The notes beneath the pieces were generated by a model. It was not told the DNA's origin. It did not search any database and saw only the letters and a list, made by a program, of their open reading frames with translations. A program made the translations under genes and the position numbers. A stretch of DNA of 30,531 nucleotides from Candidatus Thorarchaeota archaeon (GTDB lineage: Archaea; Asgardarchaeota; Thorarchaeia; Thorarchaeales; Thorarchaeaceae). Below are positions 9,301 through 18,473 of this stretch, one piece after another; the first letter of the stretch is position 1; each line of letters opens with the position of its first letter. The stretch spans positions 1 to 30,531 of the forward strand of contig PRDI01000122.1 of assembly GCA_003345595.1 (NCBI GenBank), written 5' to 3'.

Positions 9301-10717
9301 AATCGCCTTCAACATAGATGCCTCGTCCATTTGTGCCAGCACTGTAGCTCCCTATGATGGAGGGATGGGACGAATCACTGATATTGATGACCTGCAAACC
9401 AGAGGAGCCACATGCAGCGTAAGCGAACTGTCCTGACACATAGACATCACGACACGTACCCGGCGTAGTCACGTTTCCTGCATACTCTGGGGACTCGGGA
9501 TCAGTAACATCGACGATTATCATCCGGTTTGCGTTCGCGACATAAGCATAGCTTCCCGAAACGAAGACATCCCAGACTACCATACTTGGTGTGACGTAAA
9601 GGCCTACCGACGTGGGAGTGGTTGGATCACTTATTGCTATGATATTAACAATCCCGGATACGTTGTCTACCACGTATGCGTATCCTCCGGACACGCAGAC
9701 AGCGTCAGAATCGCCATCACCCCAAGACTCCACCGGGGCAATGCCGAGAGGATTGCTGATATCGATGACTACTAGCTTCTTCCACCAAGTAGCGAGGTAT
9801 GCGTAGTGCCCATCAATCTGCATGTCCCAGATGCGATCTATCAAAGAGTACGCCTCCACAGGACGAGGATTGTGAGGGTTACTCACATCCATCACTTCCA
9901 CCTCTCTTGCATCGCCGGCAACCATTACATACAGTCCAAAAGCGGCAATCGCCCTGTGGTCGCCATCGGTTTGCACGGAAGAAATTATCGCTGGATGGAC
10001 GGGGTCAGTAACATTCACGACCCGTACGTCGAAGTCCTCGGCCACATAGGCATAATCACCTGAAACACACACCGATTGAAAGCCAGAGTCAACATAGGGT
10101 ACGGTCGAAACCAGAGCAGGCTTTGATGGATCCGTTATGTTCACAATCCGGAGGCCTGCAGTGCCACTTGCACAATATGCATAATTGCCCGAAACACTTA
10201 CACGACCCCCACCAGTCGCTCCGTTCGGAAGAAGAACGGGGTTTGTCGGATCTGTCAGATTCACCACCCTGAGGGTGGAACCGGCGGCAAACTTCGTCCC
10301 CTCGGAAACATACGCATAATCACCTTCCACCCAGATGAACCCACTTACTGAAACACTGCCCAGTTGCGTCGGATGAACAGGATCAGTTATGTTCATGACG
10401 TGAAAAGCCCCGTCAGTGACATACATGTACCTGCCTTCGATGGCTATGTCAACGATCACACCCGGAAAGGAGCAACTCCCCTCTAACGTGGGTACTCTGG
10501 AGGGAAGTTTCACACTTCCAGACCCCCAACCCGTCGCATTCGTATGGGCTACATCCATGAAGGTTGTTGTCGTGAAATCCTCTGCAAAAGAGCTGGTTTC
10601 CGCATTGACAGGACTTGGCATTATAAGAAGCCCGAAGACCGCTATGAAAATGGCAACTAGCCTCAGACTGCTAACACCCATATGAGACCTCTCTACCATT
10701 ACAGTTGAATCCCCCAA
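6395..10717 (-). CDS. Large membrane-anchored surface protein: LVIVD beta-propeller repeats, an FN3-like domain and six Ig/cadherin-like repeats
   Basis: Signal peptide, then about 14 repeats of V.G.YAYVA....GL.V.(D/N)ITDP..P, then a TPTFEW...YLLQID...WYWRV FN3-like unit. Six DTT.P.W repeats, a Thr-rich linker, a C-terminal TM and a basic tail follow. Confidence 0.88.
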   Translation of the reverse strand: MGDSTVMVERSHMGVSSLRLVAIFIAVFGLLIMPSPVNAETSSFAEDFTTTTFMDVAHTNATGWGSGSVKLPSRVPTLEGSCSFPGVIVDIAIEGRYMYVTDGAFHVMNITDPVHPTQLGSVSVSGFIWVEGDYAYVSEGTKFAAGSTLRVVNLTDPTNPVLLPNGATGGGRVSVSGNYAYCASGTAGLRIVNITDPSKPALVSTVPYVDSGFQSVCVSGDYAYVAEDFDVRVVNVTDPVHPAIISSVQTDGDHRAIAAFGLYVMVAGDAREVEVMDVSNPHNPRPVEAYSLIDRIWDMQIDGHYAYLATWWKKLVVIDISNPLGIAPVESWGDGDSDAVCVSGGYAYVVDNVSGIVNIIAISDPTTPTSVGLYVTPSMVVWDVFVSGSYAYVANANRMIIVDVTDPESPEYAGNVTTPGTCRDVYVSGQFAYAACGSSGLQVINISDSSHPSIIGSYSAGTNGRGIYVEGDYAYMADDSAGLRVFNVTNPSLPSLTATCATGGLAYSVFIDGNHAYIACHGAGLAVVNITDPRKPNLLKVYDTPDTADGVFVSGDMAYVADGNTGLIILSISDPANPTYLGTFDTPAQAWGIDVSGGLAYVSQYIGSSWYPYIDVVNVTNPINPTLYARTGLSCSNIYGICVDGEYVYVADYGYGLRIGEVRRNRYRQFEALAVAQSTAVFNGSASSSLSYATLDWTGTKPAGCEITFFLSPDNGLQWETVLPGVRHDFVYSGRQLVWKSVLTCANHLRTPVLSQISISFTTVLDPPSLLAPSDSILTNDSTPTFEWSEVSGASGYLLQIDKTPTFDSVDLLNVTVTGATSHTLVTLLPDGIWYWRVATNDTGGDLGRFSSPRQMSIDATAPDFDEAPVNWMVEFGTTFRCDLNASDSSGLDMWWLNDTSYWHVDGTGVITNSSLVPEGVYGLRVFVNDTAGNQLHADFQIDVLAGAPPAWVQSPANQIVELGDSLIYDLNATDFSGIDAWWLNDTLRFIIDQNGVIRNKTVITTGQYGLQVWVNDTIGYVQTALFFFRVCDTTAPDWIVPPVNQVCDVGCLLNYELSASDLSGLHKWWLNDTAHFGISEDGVVTSLALLPVGTYGLRVWVNDTIGNTLTAAFTVVVQDILPPAWVEVPVDQVVEFGSKFRYNLNATDPSGVVDWWINDTLHFAIDSAGIIVNVTGLSVNVYSLEVRVNDSYDHCTIALFVVSVQDTTPPAWVVVPHDEVAEFGQRVSHGLYAYDLSGLFSIWINDTIHFELVGIDDITGFHYAIENKTPLQVGEYGLEVRIYDFYNNYCAATFVIAVEDTTPPAWLVQPVDKTLSYGLSLDYQLEAFDLSGVVLWLINDTIHFAISSSGHLTNATILSSGRYGVTVTVSDPYGNALTGVFAIHVSAATTETATQTTTGTTTGPDMSLAALVILGGGIAMVVVVVLLRWSKSSLRQKAV
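6558..8143 (-). repeat. Six tandem ~87-aa Ig-like protein repeats
   Basis: The consensus DTT.P.W...P.(N/D)Q..E.G....Y.L.A.D.SG...WW.NDT..F.I...G...N...L..G.YGL.V.V.D..GN is visible six times in the translation. Confidence 0.85.
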
Positions 10718-11235
10718 CCGACGATTTGGAAAGCTGCAGGCATTGGCAATTACTGGTTCGAGTACTATGAATGTTTAGGCATTAATGAAATTGAGTTTCC
10801 CAGTTACTAATCGCAGAATTCCCGCTTTGTCTTAAACTTGTCGTCTTCTGATCTGTACCTTGAGCACTGTGCGCCATTCGTGATGACAAAAAAGCAGCGA
10901 CCGCTCAACATCGTCCCGAGCTCTCAGAACTTTGCTCCCGACTCGCTGCGTCAAGCCAAGAGAAGCAGATGTGGCACACATCATGAGGAGGAGCGTCAAA
11001 AGAAGATTCTCGTTGCTATGGAACAGAATGTCAGTGATGCGAAACCAGAATCAGTCCTCGTCTGTCGCAAGCGCGTCAGTCCGAACAGCAGCACTGGACG
11101 CATTCTTCATACTGTCATAGCTTCGGATTGCTCAGGTCAAAGTTGCTGTCATGCAGGCGCTGGTGGCACTCCATGCAACTAAGCAGAAACTGCCGCATGA
11201 AACCCCAAACAGCGAATGAGAGAAAAGTCAATCCT

Positions 11236-11245
11236 CTATATATAA
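11236..11245 (+). promoter_or_regulatory. Putative TATA box for the membrane sensor gene
   Basis: CTATATATAA lies about 60 nt upstream of TTG 11303, which is preceded by an AGGAG-like RBS. Confidence 0.4.
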
Positions 11246-11302
11246 CAGAAATAGCTTTTTCTCATATTGGACGACGTCATCGGATAAGGAGAAGCCAGAC
11301 GC

Positions 11303-13561
11303 TTGAAGCCCTTTGACGCTGTAAGGACGGCCGTGGTTCTTGTACTAGTGGCTATACTCTCCTATCTGTTCTTACAGAGTAACCCCCCGTGGAACACAGC
11401 CGGTTCGGGGATAGCCATTCATTCCGTTCTAGCGTTCCTAGCAGTCGTCGCGTCTGCTGCTGCCTTGGGCCGGACAAGAATCGACCCATCGCCAAAGCAC
11501 AAGATCATCGTCGTGGCACTTGTGTACATCTCGGCCATCCACATCGGTGCCACGTTGGATTACTTCTACCGTATTGGTACGCCAGTGATTAACATCACCC
11601 CGGCAGATGTCCTTCTCGACCTCGTTGAAACTACGACAGTGGCAGTGCTGTTGCTCTTGGCATATCATATGCGGGGGGAGGATTTGAAGGAGAGTTCCAT
11701 CTGGAGGAAACGCACTGCTACACCGCTACTCCTTGTAGCCGCACTTGCGTTCTATGGACTTGTGTACCTCATCGATCAGGCAATGCCTTCAAGCGCTACG
11801 GTCACGGGTTCAGGCTATGCCATATGGTTGGCAGGCGTAGCGGCATACACTCTGTTAATCATGATATTGAACAGACAGAGAGTCGATTGGTCAACACATG
11901 ACCCCGTGCGTCTAACAATGTCGATCGCATCGTACGCTGCGTCATCCGTCATACTCCTGTTCGTTCTGTCTGAACCATCCCAATTGTGGATTCTGAGCGT
12001 CGTATTCCAGGCAGCAGGTCTCATCTTCATGGTCATCGCGACGGGCTATCCATTCCTCGTAGATGTCGGCGTGAAACGGTGGATCGCATACACCATTGTC
12101 GTGGCTCTCACGATCTTTCTCGTAGGCCCCTTTGTTGCCACCCACTTGATTGAGAATGTACTTTCATTCGTGTCCTACGTCAACAAAGGAGTGACGGTCT
12201 TGATACACTTGAATGCGGCAGTCTTCACAAGTGTGGTAGGCACTATCCTCTATTTCAGATCGAGAAGCGGAACGTCATGGTATCATTCGCCTATAGTGTT
12301 CCTGATGTTCTCATGGACTATTATAGAGTCGGCCATTGTGATCTCGCGCTTCTCTGATGTGTACGGGGACCAGTACGAGCCATTTGTGGCATACGTGATT
12401 GGAGGCCTCATCTCTGCAGTAACCTTACTCGTCGCCGTGCGAAGAATACTTGCTCCTCCTCGTGGGGAGAGGCCAACTCTCTCTGTCAGACTCCACCTAG
12501 CAGGCTACATCTCAGTGGTAATCGTACTCATTCTCGGTGAGATCATAAAGGCACAGCTCTTCCAGATGGATCCTGGCTTATTCGGAAGCTTTGTGGGCGA
12601 AACAATCATGCTCTGTACCGGGTTCGTTTCTGCCTTTGCGCTCGTGAGTTTTGTGATGCTTATGGCTGCTGCAACAGGTGGGCAGTACTCAGTTGAGAGC
12701 CTAGCGGTGTCGACTCAGTCGCTCTGGATCATATCGATCATCCTGAAAGCCAACTTCACATACTGGAGTGCGGGCTGGTGGACTGCAGAGGTAATCCTTC
12801 TGGCTGCTGGGGTTCTTCTCTACCTGACCCTGACGTACCTGTATCTAGACAAGAACAAAGAGGTATTGGAGTTCAAGAGTCGGACGAGAGTCTATTCGGA
12901 CGTAGTGGGAAGCGACATAGTTGACCAGCACGTAGAAACACTCAGCCTGCTCAGCAGAATGAGCGAGAAGACGGACATGAGTGAATCCAATCGGACGCTG
13001 CTTTCACAGGCGATGATGAAAATCTCACAGGCTGATGATCTGACCAGAGCGATGCGAGGGCTAGTGGGTGGAGAACCGTACCCTCCGAAGGACCTCGAGC
13101 CGACAGATCTTGTCGACTGTGTCAAGTTGGCTGCGACGAGAGCATCCAAGGCTATGCCTGACAAGAGAGTTGAAGTCAAAATAGATTCTGAAACCGGGAA
13201 GTGTTTTGTCAGTGCAAACGGCCTTCTTTCCGATCTGTTCTTCAGCCTGCTGAGAGGACTGGTCAGGAGGGCGAAAGCTACTCTGTCCATCACCGCGACA
13301 ACGACTGCTCTACTTCAAGAACCTACACCGATGTGGGAGATACGGATGGGAACACTTGCGGCCAAGACAGAGGCCAAGCAGACCCTCGACCTATTCGAGC
13401 ATTATCTCGAAACAGACTCATCTGAGGGATTGGACTTCGCCCTGGTAAGAGAACTCACTCGGCTATTCCTTGGCAGGGTTCATATCGAAACCAAAGAGCA
13501 CTCAGAAGAACTGGATATGATAACGTTCGTCTTTGCCTTTCCTGCAGCTGAACTGCCATGA
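11303..13561 (+). CDS. Polytopic membrane sensor with a degenerate histidine-kinase (HisKA/HATPase_c-like) C-terminus
   Basis: About 515 aa of consecutive TM helices, then an HK-like layout: YSDVVGSDI (H-box position), LEPTDLVDCVKLA, V.ANGLLSDLFFSLL (N-box position), GLDFALVRELTRLFLGRVHIE (G2 region) and TFVFAFP. Confidence 0.72.
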   Translation: MKPFDAVRTAVVLVLVAILSYLFLQSNPPWNTAGSGIAIHSVLAFLAVVASAAALGRTRIDPSPKHKIIVVALVYISAIHIGATLDYFYRIGTPVINITPADVLLDLVETTTVAVLLLLAYHMRGEDLKESSIWRKRTATPLLLVAALAFYGLVYLIDQAMPSSATVTGSGYAIWLAGVAAYTLLIMILNRQRVDWSTHDPVRLTMSIASYAASSVILLFVLSEPSQLWILSVVFQAAGLIFMVIATGYPFLVDVGVKRWIAYTIVVALTIFLVGPFVATHLIENVLSFVSYVNKGVTVLIHLNAAVFTSVVGTILYFRSRSGTSWYHSPIVFLMFSWTIIESAIVISRFSDVYGDQYEPFVAYVIGGLISAVTLLVAVRRILAPPRGERPTLSVRLHLAGYISVVIVLILGEIIKAQLFQMDPGLFGSFVGETIMLCTGFVSAFALVSFVMLMAAATGGQYSVESLAVSTQSLWIISIILKANFTYWSAGWWTAEVILLAAGVLLYLTLTYLYLDKNKEVLEFKSRTRVYSDVVGSDIVDQHVETLSLLSRMSEKTDMSESNRTLLSQAMMKISQADDLTRAMRGLVGGEPYPPKDLEPTDLVDCVKLAATRASKAMPDKRVEVKIDSETGKCFVSANGLLSDLFFSLLRGLVRRAKATLSITATTTALLQEPTPMWEIRMGTLAAKTEAKQTLDLFEHYLETDSSEGLDFALVRELTRLFLGRVHIETKEHSEELDMITFVFAFPAAELP

Positions 13562-13761
13562 ATTAGGAACATCAGACGCACGCACCTACGAAAGGTTGCC
13601 ACCCAATTCGAAGATGTTCTCTGTTACTGACGAGCCTCACCTGCACTTGCCATACGTGCTGAGAACAAGGGAACGCGGCAAGCACAGCGGATCCAGTGAA
13701 ATCTGTCAGACCCAAGCGTTTAACTATGGTTAACTGCCAGTGGTATGCGGAGGAACCGGAC

Positions 13762-15009
13762 TTGGCCGAGGCTGAACCACAGACAGAACTGGAATCGGGT
13801 GGAGAAACCGGGAGATACCGGTTTCTCGTACTCACCTCATACCTGATATACGCGGTAGGACCATTGGTCGGCAATGGGGTCCTGACCCTGTTGGGTCCGA
13901 TTTCAGCTGATTTTGTGACCAACCCAACGGCTGTACTGGCCGCGATACCTGCGTTCATGTTCCCGTTTGCATTCATTCAGCTCTTCTCGGGAGCTATAAG
14001 CGACGTCTACGGGAGAGTCCCGGTGATGGTAAGTGGGCTCATCGCCTTCACGGTGGGACTCACTGTGACTGCCTATTCGACATCTCTCGGAATCCTCGTA
14101 GTAGGAAACGTCGTGTGCGGAATTGGTTTCGGCTTTGTGAACCCTGTGTTGCTGGCACTTCTGTCAGATGTATCCACCCCAGAAGAGATCCCAAAGCGAA
14201 TGGGTATTGCCTCGGCCCTGGCGTCGCTCAGTGCCGGGGTAGGACCATTCATTGCAGGACAGATGGTCGTACTAGGATGGCAATCGTACTACTTCCTGTT
14301 TCTATCGATATCTGCGTTCGGTCTCGTTGCCATATCAATAGCTCATCGACCAACCAAGACGCGCTACGCAGATGCAGGTCCTCGTATGTTCGTCAGGAAT
14401 CTGGGTATCGAGCTGAGAAAGCCTGTAGTTCTGCTGATGCTTGGCTCTACTTTCCTTGTGGCGCTGGTCTACTTGGGAGCTCTCGTGTGGACTTCACGTG
14501 GACTGACAGGTGTACTAGACGAGAACCTAATCGGATTGATTCTCTTGGGAGCGGGAGCATCTGGAGCGACCGCAGGCTCTCTTCTGGGTCCGATTGCACG
14601 AAGGCGAGGCTTTGCGCTGCCGATCGGCCTCGGGTTTCTAGCCCTCTTCGGCGGACTAATCACATTCCTTCTGCTTGGTGACATCACGTCGGCCGACTCG
14701 GTTCCTCTTGTGGGACTGGCACTTGCAGGTATGGGTTGGGCAGGCGGTCTGCTCTTCCCAATGATGATAACGTATAGTCAGATTATTTCGCCAACGCGGC
14801 GGGGGGTTCTAGCAGGAGCAGTGACATTTTCATTCTTCTTCGGGTCGGCCCTCAATCCCACCCTTTACGCGCCATTGTTTGCAGTCGGAATGAGTGCAGT
14901 CTATGCTGGTATGCTAGTGGTGTCTGTGGTGCTGGCAATCTTCGTCAGCGTCCTATACAGGAAGCTGAAACCAATGTACCTAGACATTGGGCAAAAATCA
15001 GAACAGTGA
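13762..15009 (+). CDS. MFS transporter
   Basis: Motif A GAISDVYGRVPV, a second-half GPIARRRG, motif C-like GVGPFIAG and about 12 TM. TTG 13762 is preceded by GGAGG; the ORF is open from 13696. Confidence 0.92.
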   Translation: MAEAEPQTELESGGETGRYRFLVLTSYLIYAVGPLVGNGVLTLLGPISADFVTNPTAVLAAIPAFMFPFAFIQLFSGAISDVYGRVPVMVSGLIAFTVGLTVTAYSTSLGILVVGNVVCGIGFGFVNPVLLALLSDVSTPEEIPKRMGIASALASLSAGVGPFIAGQMVVLGWQSYYFLFLSISAFGLVAISIAHRPTKTRYADAGPRMFVRNLGIELRKPVVLLMLGSTFLVALVYLGALVWTSRGLTGVLDENLIGLILLGAGASGATAGSLLGPIARRRGFALPIGLGFLALFGGLITFLLLGDITSADSVPLVGLALAGMGWAGGLLFPMMITYSQIISPTRRGVLAGAVTFSFFFGSALNPTLYAPLFAVGMSAVYAGMLVVSVVLAIFVSVLYRKLKPMYLDIGQKSEQ

Positions 15010-15117
15010 GAGAAGAAGACCCCTCTGTACGCGAGAAGCGAGTCGAAGCGGCAGTAGACATTGCCCAAGAGGAAAGGAATTCTCTGCGCTATGAGCGATT
15101 GGCTGCCGCTCAGCTCC

Positions 15118-15672
15118 CTATCTTCGCAGTTCTTTGATCTCTTCGCCTGAAAGCTTCAGTTTGAATGTGTGTTCGAACTTGCCCAGCTTGGGCCGAATCA
15201 CAAGGCGGCAGTAGGAAAGGTTCGGGTTGCGACGGTAGTAGTTCTGATGATAGTCTTCTGCGCGGTAGAACTTCGTGAATGGTTTGATCTCTGTCACGAT
15301 TGGATTCTTCCAGACACCGCTGGTATTGACTCTCGCCTTTGCGGCCTCAGCAGCCCTCCTCTGCTCTTCATTATGGTAGAAGATCACGGAGCGATACTGT
15401 GTGCCGATGTCGTCGCCCTGACGATTCAGAGTCGTTGGGTCATGGACTGTGAAGAACACCTCCAGCAGTTCGTCGTACGTTATCTGTCGGGGGTCGTACT
15501 CAATCTGGCAGACCTCGGCGTGACCTGTCGCACCTGTGGATACCTGCTCGTACGTGGGGTTCTCGAGCTGCCCGCCCGAGTATCCCGAAACCACAGAGGT
15601 GACACCTCTTAGCTGCTGGAATATTGCTTCTGTGCACCAGAAGCAGCCTGTACCGAATGTAGCGAGTTCCAT
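15118..15672 (-). CDS. msrA: Peptide-methionine (S)-S-oxide reductase MsrA
   Basis: GCFWC catalytic motif plus GYSGG, TGHAEV, HDPTTLNRQG.D.GTQYRS and AEDYHQNYY. A GGAGGAG RBS precedes the start. Confidence 0.97.
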   Translation of the reverse strand: MELATFGTGCFWCTEAIFQQLRGVTSVVSGYSGGQLENPTYEQVSTGATGHAEVCQIEYDPRQITYDELLEVFFTVHDPTTLNRQGDDIGTQYRSVIFYHNEEQRRAAEAAKARVNTSGVWKNPIVTEIKPFTKFYRAEDYHQNYYRRNPNLSYCRLVIRPKLGKFEHTFKLKLSGEEIKELRR

Positions 15673-15844
15673 ACCTCTACTCCTCCCGAGCGTTATTCAA
15701 TGATTGGTAAGAGGAACTCTCGGGCGAATCATGTTTCAGTCGCAAGCAAGAGCATTATGCTCACCTTCTGGGGTACACGGTGGATCTCCAGTCTTTCATG
15801 GGCCGAGAGAGGTGTGCGGGCGCAATCATCTGGTTGAGAATCTT

Positions 15845-17182
15845 TCAGAGCATTGACGACAGAGTATCCGATGCACAGTCGGGTTCGAATATGAAGGGAT
15901 TGAACCCCTGACCGATGACTGCTCTGATCTCTTCTAATCGAGCCTTCTTCACCTCATCACTATACAACCACTTGTGCTCCGGTTTCGGAGTCACGCCGAG
16001 TTCGTCACACTTCTTGACAATGTCTTTTACAGCCTGATAGGTTTCCTGACGCGTCTTTCCTTCGGGTTTGATCTCGTTAGAGTGCATCAAGAGTCCGTAT
16101 GTGGGGCTGTTGTTTCCCAAGTACCACTTGCTCGGAGCATGTCCGTACTTCGCGAAAGGAGCGAACCCATGGCTCATGAGAAGTGATTCAATCTCATCGA
16201 TTGTGTGTTGCAGATCTGCCAGATTCTCATCGTGAAACCCATAATCTTCGAACAGAGATATCTGCATTCCAGTGTTGGGATTCCGCTTTGCCATCTTGAT
16301 TCTATAGTCCTTCAAACGCTCAAGTTTTGCTTTCTCAAGGAGCCGGATGCGCTGATCAAAGAGATGCAGTTCGAAATCCTCCGGGAACTGCATTATCAAC
16401 AATGGGGGTTTGAGACTCTCCTTGATATCCTCATGAGCAAACACAATGGCTTCACTGTATTTCACAGGACATTTCGTTTCTATCATCCGCAGGATGAACT
16501 TGCCAAGAGCATCATAGTCATCGAGCTCAATGATGGCACCAACCAAGGGTTCGTTCGCTTCGGGCTTGATAGCCAGCCTCAACTCAGTTATGAAACCCAT
16601 CGTGCCATGGGAGCATGCGACGTCATGAATGGTGACTTTCTTCTTGTTCAGTCGTTCCTCGAGCTCTGTGTTGCTGCTCTTCACACCCTTCCAATCTACG
16701 GTGAGGCGACTTCCATCATAGAGGACCATCTTGACGCGAATCGTGTTATCCCGCATCGTACCATTGAACCAAGCATCATTCCCACCGCCGTCGGTGCTCA
16801 GGAGCCCGCCGACCGTGGCGATGTCTCGGCTGCTCGGAGTCATGTGAAAACGCATACCCATAGGCTGGAGAAACTCGTTGATCTCGTCGGGCGTGATTCC
16901 CGGCTGAATATCGATATACCCCCGGTCCTTAGAAACTCTCAGGATCTTCTTCATCTGAAGACTGCTTACCATCACTCGTTCTCCATTCCCACCAGTGCAA
17001 GCGCCGCTAAGACCGGAGCCGCCTCCCTTGGGAGTCACGCTGAACCCATGCGCCCTCGCGTGCTCTATTGCGGCTAGCACTTCTCGTTCGGTCTTCGGGT
17101 AGTAGACGCCCTTGATTCTGTGCAAATCGAGCCTGTAGTACATGCTTGCATTGGCCCCAATTGCAGCATCTCTAATCTTCAC
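15845..17182 (-). CDS. FAD-binding oxidoreductase (VAO/PCMH, GlcD/D-lactate dehydrogenase-like)
   Basis: Motifs PKGGGSGLSGA, QPGI, TPSSRDIATVGG.LSTDGGG, SHGTMGFITE and C-terminal GH...PEH. Confidence 0.88.
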   Translation of the reverse strand: MKIRDAAIGANASMYYRLDLHRIKGVYYPKTEREVLAAIEHARAHGFSVTPKGGGSGLSGACTGGNGERVMVSSLQMKKILRVSKDRGYIDIQPGITPDEINEFLQPMGMRFHMTPSSRDIATVGGLLSTDGGGNDAWFNGTMRDNTIRVKMVLYDGSRLTVDWKGVKSSNTELEERLNKKKVTIHDVACSHGTMGFITELRLAIKPEANEPLVGAIIELDDYDALGKFILRMIETKCPVKYSEAIVFAHEDIKESLKPPLLIMQFPEDFELHLFDQRIRLLEKAKLERLKDYRIKMAKRNPNTGMQISLFEDYGFHDENLADLQHTIDEIESLLMSHGFAPFAKYGHAPSKWYLGNNSPTYGLLMHSNEIKPEGKTRQETYQAVKDIVKKCDELGVTPKPEHKWLYSDEVKKARLEEIRAVIGQGFNPFIFEPDCASDTLSSML

Positions 17183-17410
17183 CTACCTGAGTCCTCCGCG
17201 GAGCGAGTCTGATGGTATCACAACAATGTGTTTCTTTTTCTCTCTTTTTTTTGTGAGATTCTGGCTGGGGAACTGTTCCCTGCATGAGGTGCACGTAGTG
17301 ATGACTGCCCTGTCCTTCACGCCCTCACTTGCAGCCCTCAGTTGAACGATTCTGTCAATCGGAGCCGCGTCAGTCATCCTGGTTAGACCGCCCCCGCCAC
17401 ATCCGCTCAA
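17183..17410 (-). pseudogene. C-terminal remnant of a CCG-domain (GlcF/HdrD-like) Fe-S protein
   Basis: SGCGGGG...AVITTCTSCREQF resembles the CCG...CxxC end of a cysteine-rich domain. Its stop abuts the GTG of the FAD oxidoreductase, and the upstream part of the gene is absent. Confidence 0.6.
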
Positions 17411-17411
17411 G

Positions 17412-18428
17412 TCACTCCATGAGATGTACCAGATTCTCTCGCCCCTCTTTGAACCTCCGGATGGTCCCTCTCTGTTCAAGGGTAGTGAGTATGGTGCTGA
17501 CCATCGACTGTGAGAGGTTGAGTTCAGCATAAATATCCCTCTGCGTACAAGAGCCTCCCTTCTGTGCTATGAACTGGATCACCTCGGCCTCATGGTTGGA
17601 GATGCCAGCAATCTGCACCAGTCCCGGTCTTCTCAGTCTTATCAAGAGCCGAGGAACTCTCTCAAGGAACAGTGCCAGTATGAATCCAGTGAGAACTGAT
17701 ACAGTCACGACACCCACCACTAAAATCTCAGAGTATGTGGATGCAGTCACCCCTACAGGTAGCTGGTACTTCACAATGTAGGCTATCTCCTGCCCGGGCA
17801 GGAGCCTAGGAGTAGACCAGACGAACACCGAACGCGACCCATCGGTGTAGTTGCTTGTCGGACGAGGAAACAGAGGAGCCGCAACGCCTTCCTGAAGAAT
17901 CGCATAGGGTGGCATGATCACGGACATGGTGAGGTTCCGTATCTCATTCAGAGGGTTCAAGTAGTAGAGGAGATGGTGTTCGTACATCGAACCATCCGGA
18001 CTGAGCCCAATGCGTTCTTGAATGCTTGAAGTCGCGAACCTGATACTGAGAGTTGCAGGCGTCGTGTTGTCTATCGCTCGAACTGGTGTCACCGTGATCA
18101 GCATGTATCTATCGGCCTGTGTTACCTCTGCCACAGCCGCAACCCCGTCCACTTTCGTTTCCATCATGTTCAGATGGTGAACGTCGAACCGAACCTGAAA
18201 GGAAGAGATCGCAGTCTGGCCTGTGTTCATCACTAGTGATGAGAAGGAAACTTCGGATGTGTCGTTTGACAGTGCGGTCACAACTATGTCTGTACTGCTG
18301 AGGACTATCGCTTCAGGATGGTCTTGTCCTTGAACACCAGCAGCGAACTGACCAGAAATACCACCGACCACCAATAGTGCCGCTATAAGGCGTGCCGCCA
18401 TCATGTAGTTCTTGATGGTAGACTTCAT
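17412..18428 (-). CDS. Membrane-anchored transcriptional regulator (extracellular beta domain, TM, C-terminal MarR-like winged helix)
   Basis: Signal peptide, beta-rich ectodomain and TM (ILVVGVVTVSVLTGFILALFL), then HEAEVIQFIAQKGGSCTQRDIYAELNLSQSMVSTILTTLEQRGTIRRFKEGRENLV. ATG 18428 is preferred over the longer ORF that overlaps the next gene. Confidence 0.85.
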   Translation of the reverse strand: MKSTIKNYMMAARLIAALLVVGGISGQFAAGVQGQDHPEAIVLSSTDIVVTALSNDTSEVSFSSLVMNTGQTAISSFQVRFDVHHLNMMETKVDGVAAVAEVTQADRYMLITVTPVRAIDNTTPATLSIRFATSSIQERIGLSPDGSMYEHHLLYYLNPLNEIRNLTMSVIMPPYAILQEGVAAPLFPRPTSNYTDGSRSVFVWSTPRLLPGQEIAYIVKYQLPVGVTASTYSEILVVGVVTVSVLTGFILALFLERVPRLLIRLRRPGLVQIAGISNHEAEVIQFIAQKGGSCTQRDIYAELNLSQSMVSTILTTLEQRGTIRRFKEGRENLVHLME

Positions 18429-18473
18429 GGTGTGATTCACCGCTGCACTGGTATCTAAGAACACTGTGGTATG

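Noticed and set aside
10718-11302. 585-nt gap with short ORFs (10838..11182, 10932..11120, 11128..11316)
   Set aside because: No motifs or convincing starts, and no RNA structure that I could support. Treated as a divergent promoter region, though a small gene or ncRNA cannot be excluded.
16205-17077. 290-aa plus-strand ORF
   Set aside because: It lies entirely antisense to the motif-supported FAD oxidoreductase and has no recognisable motifs; a shadow ORF.
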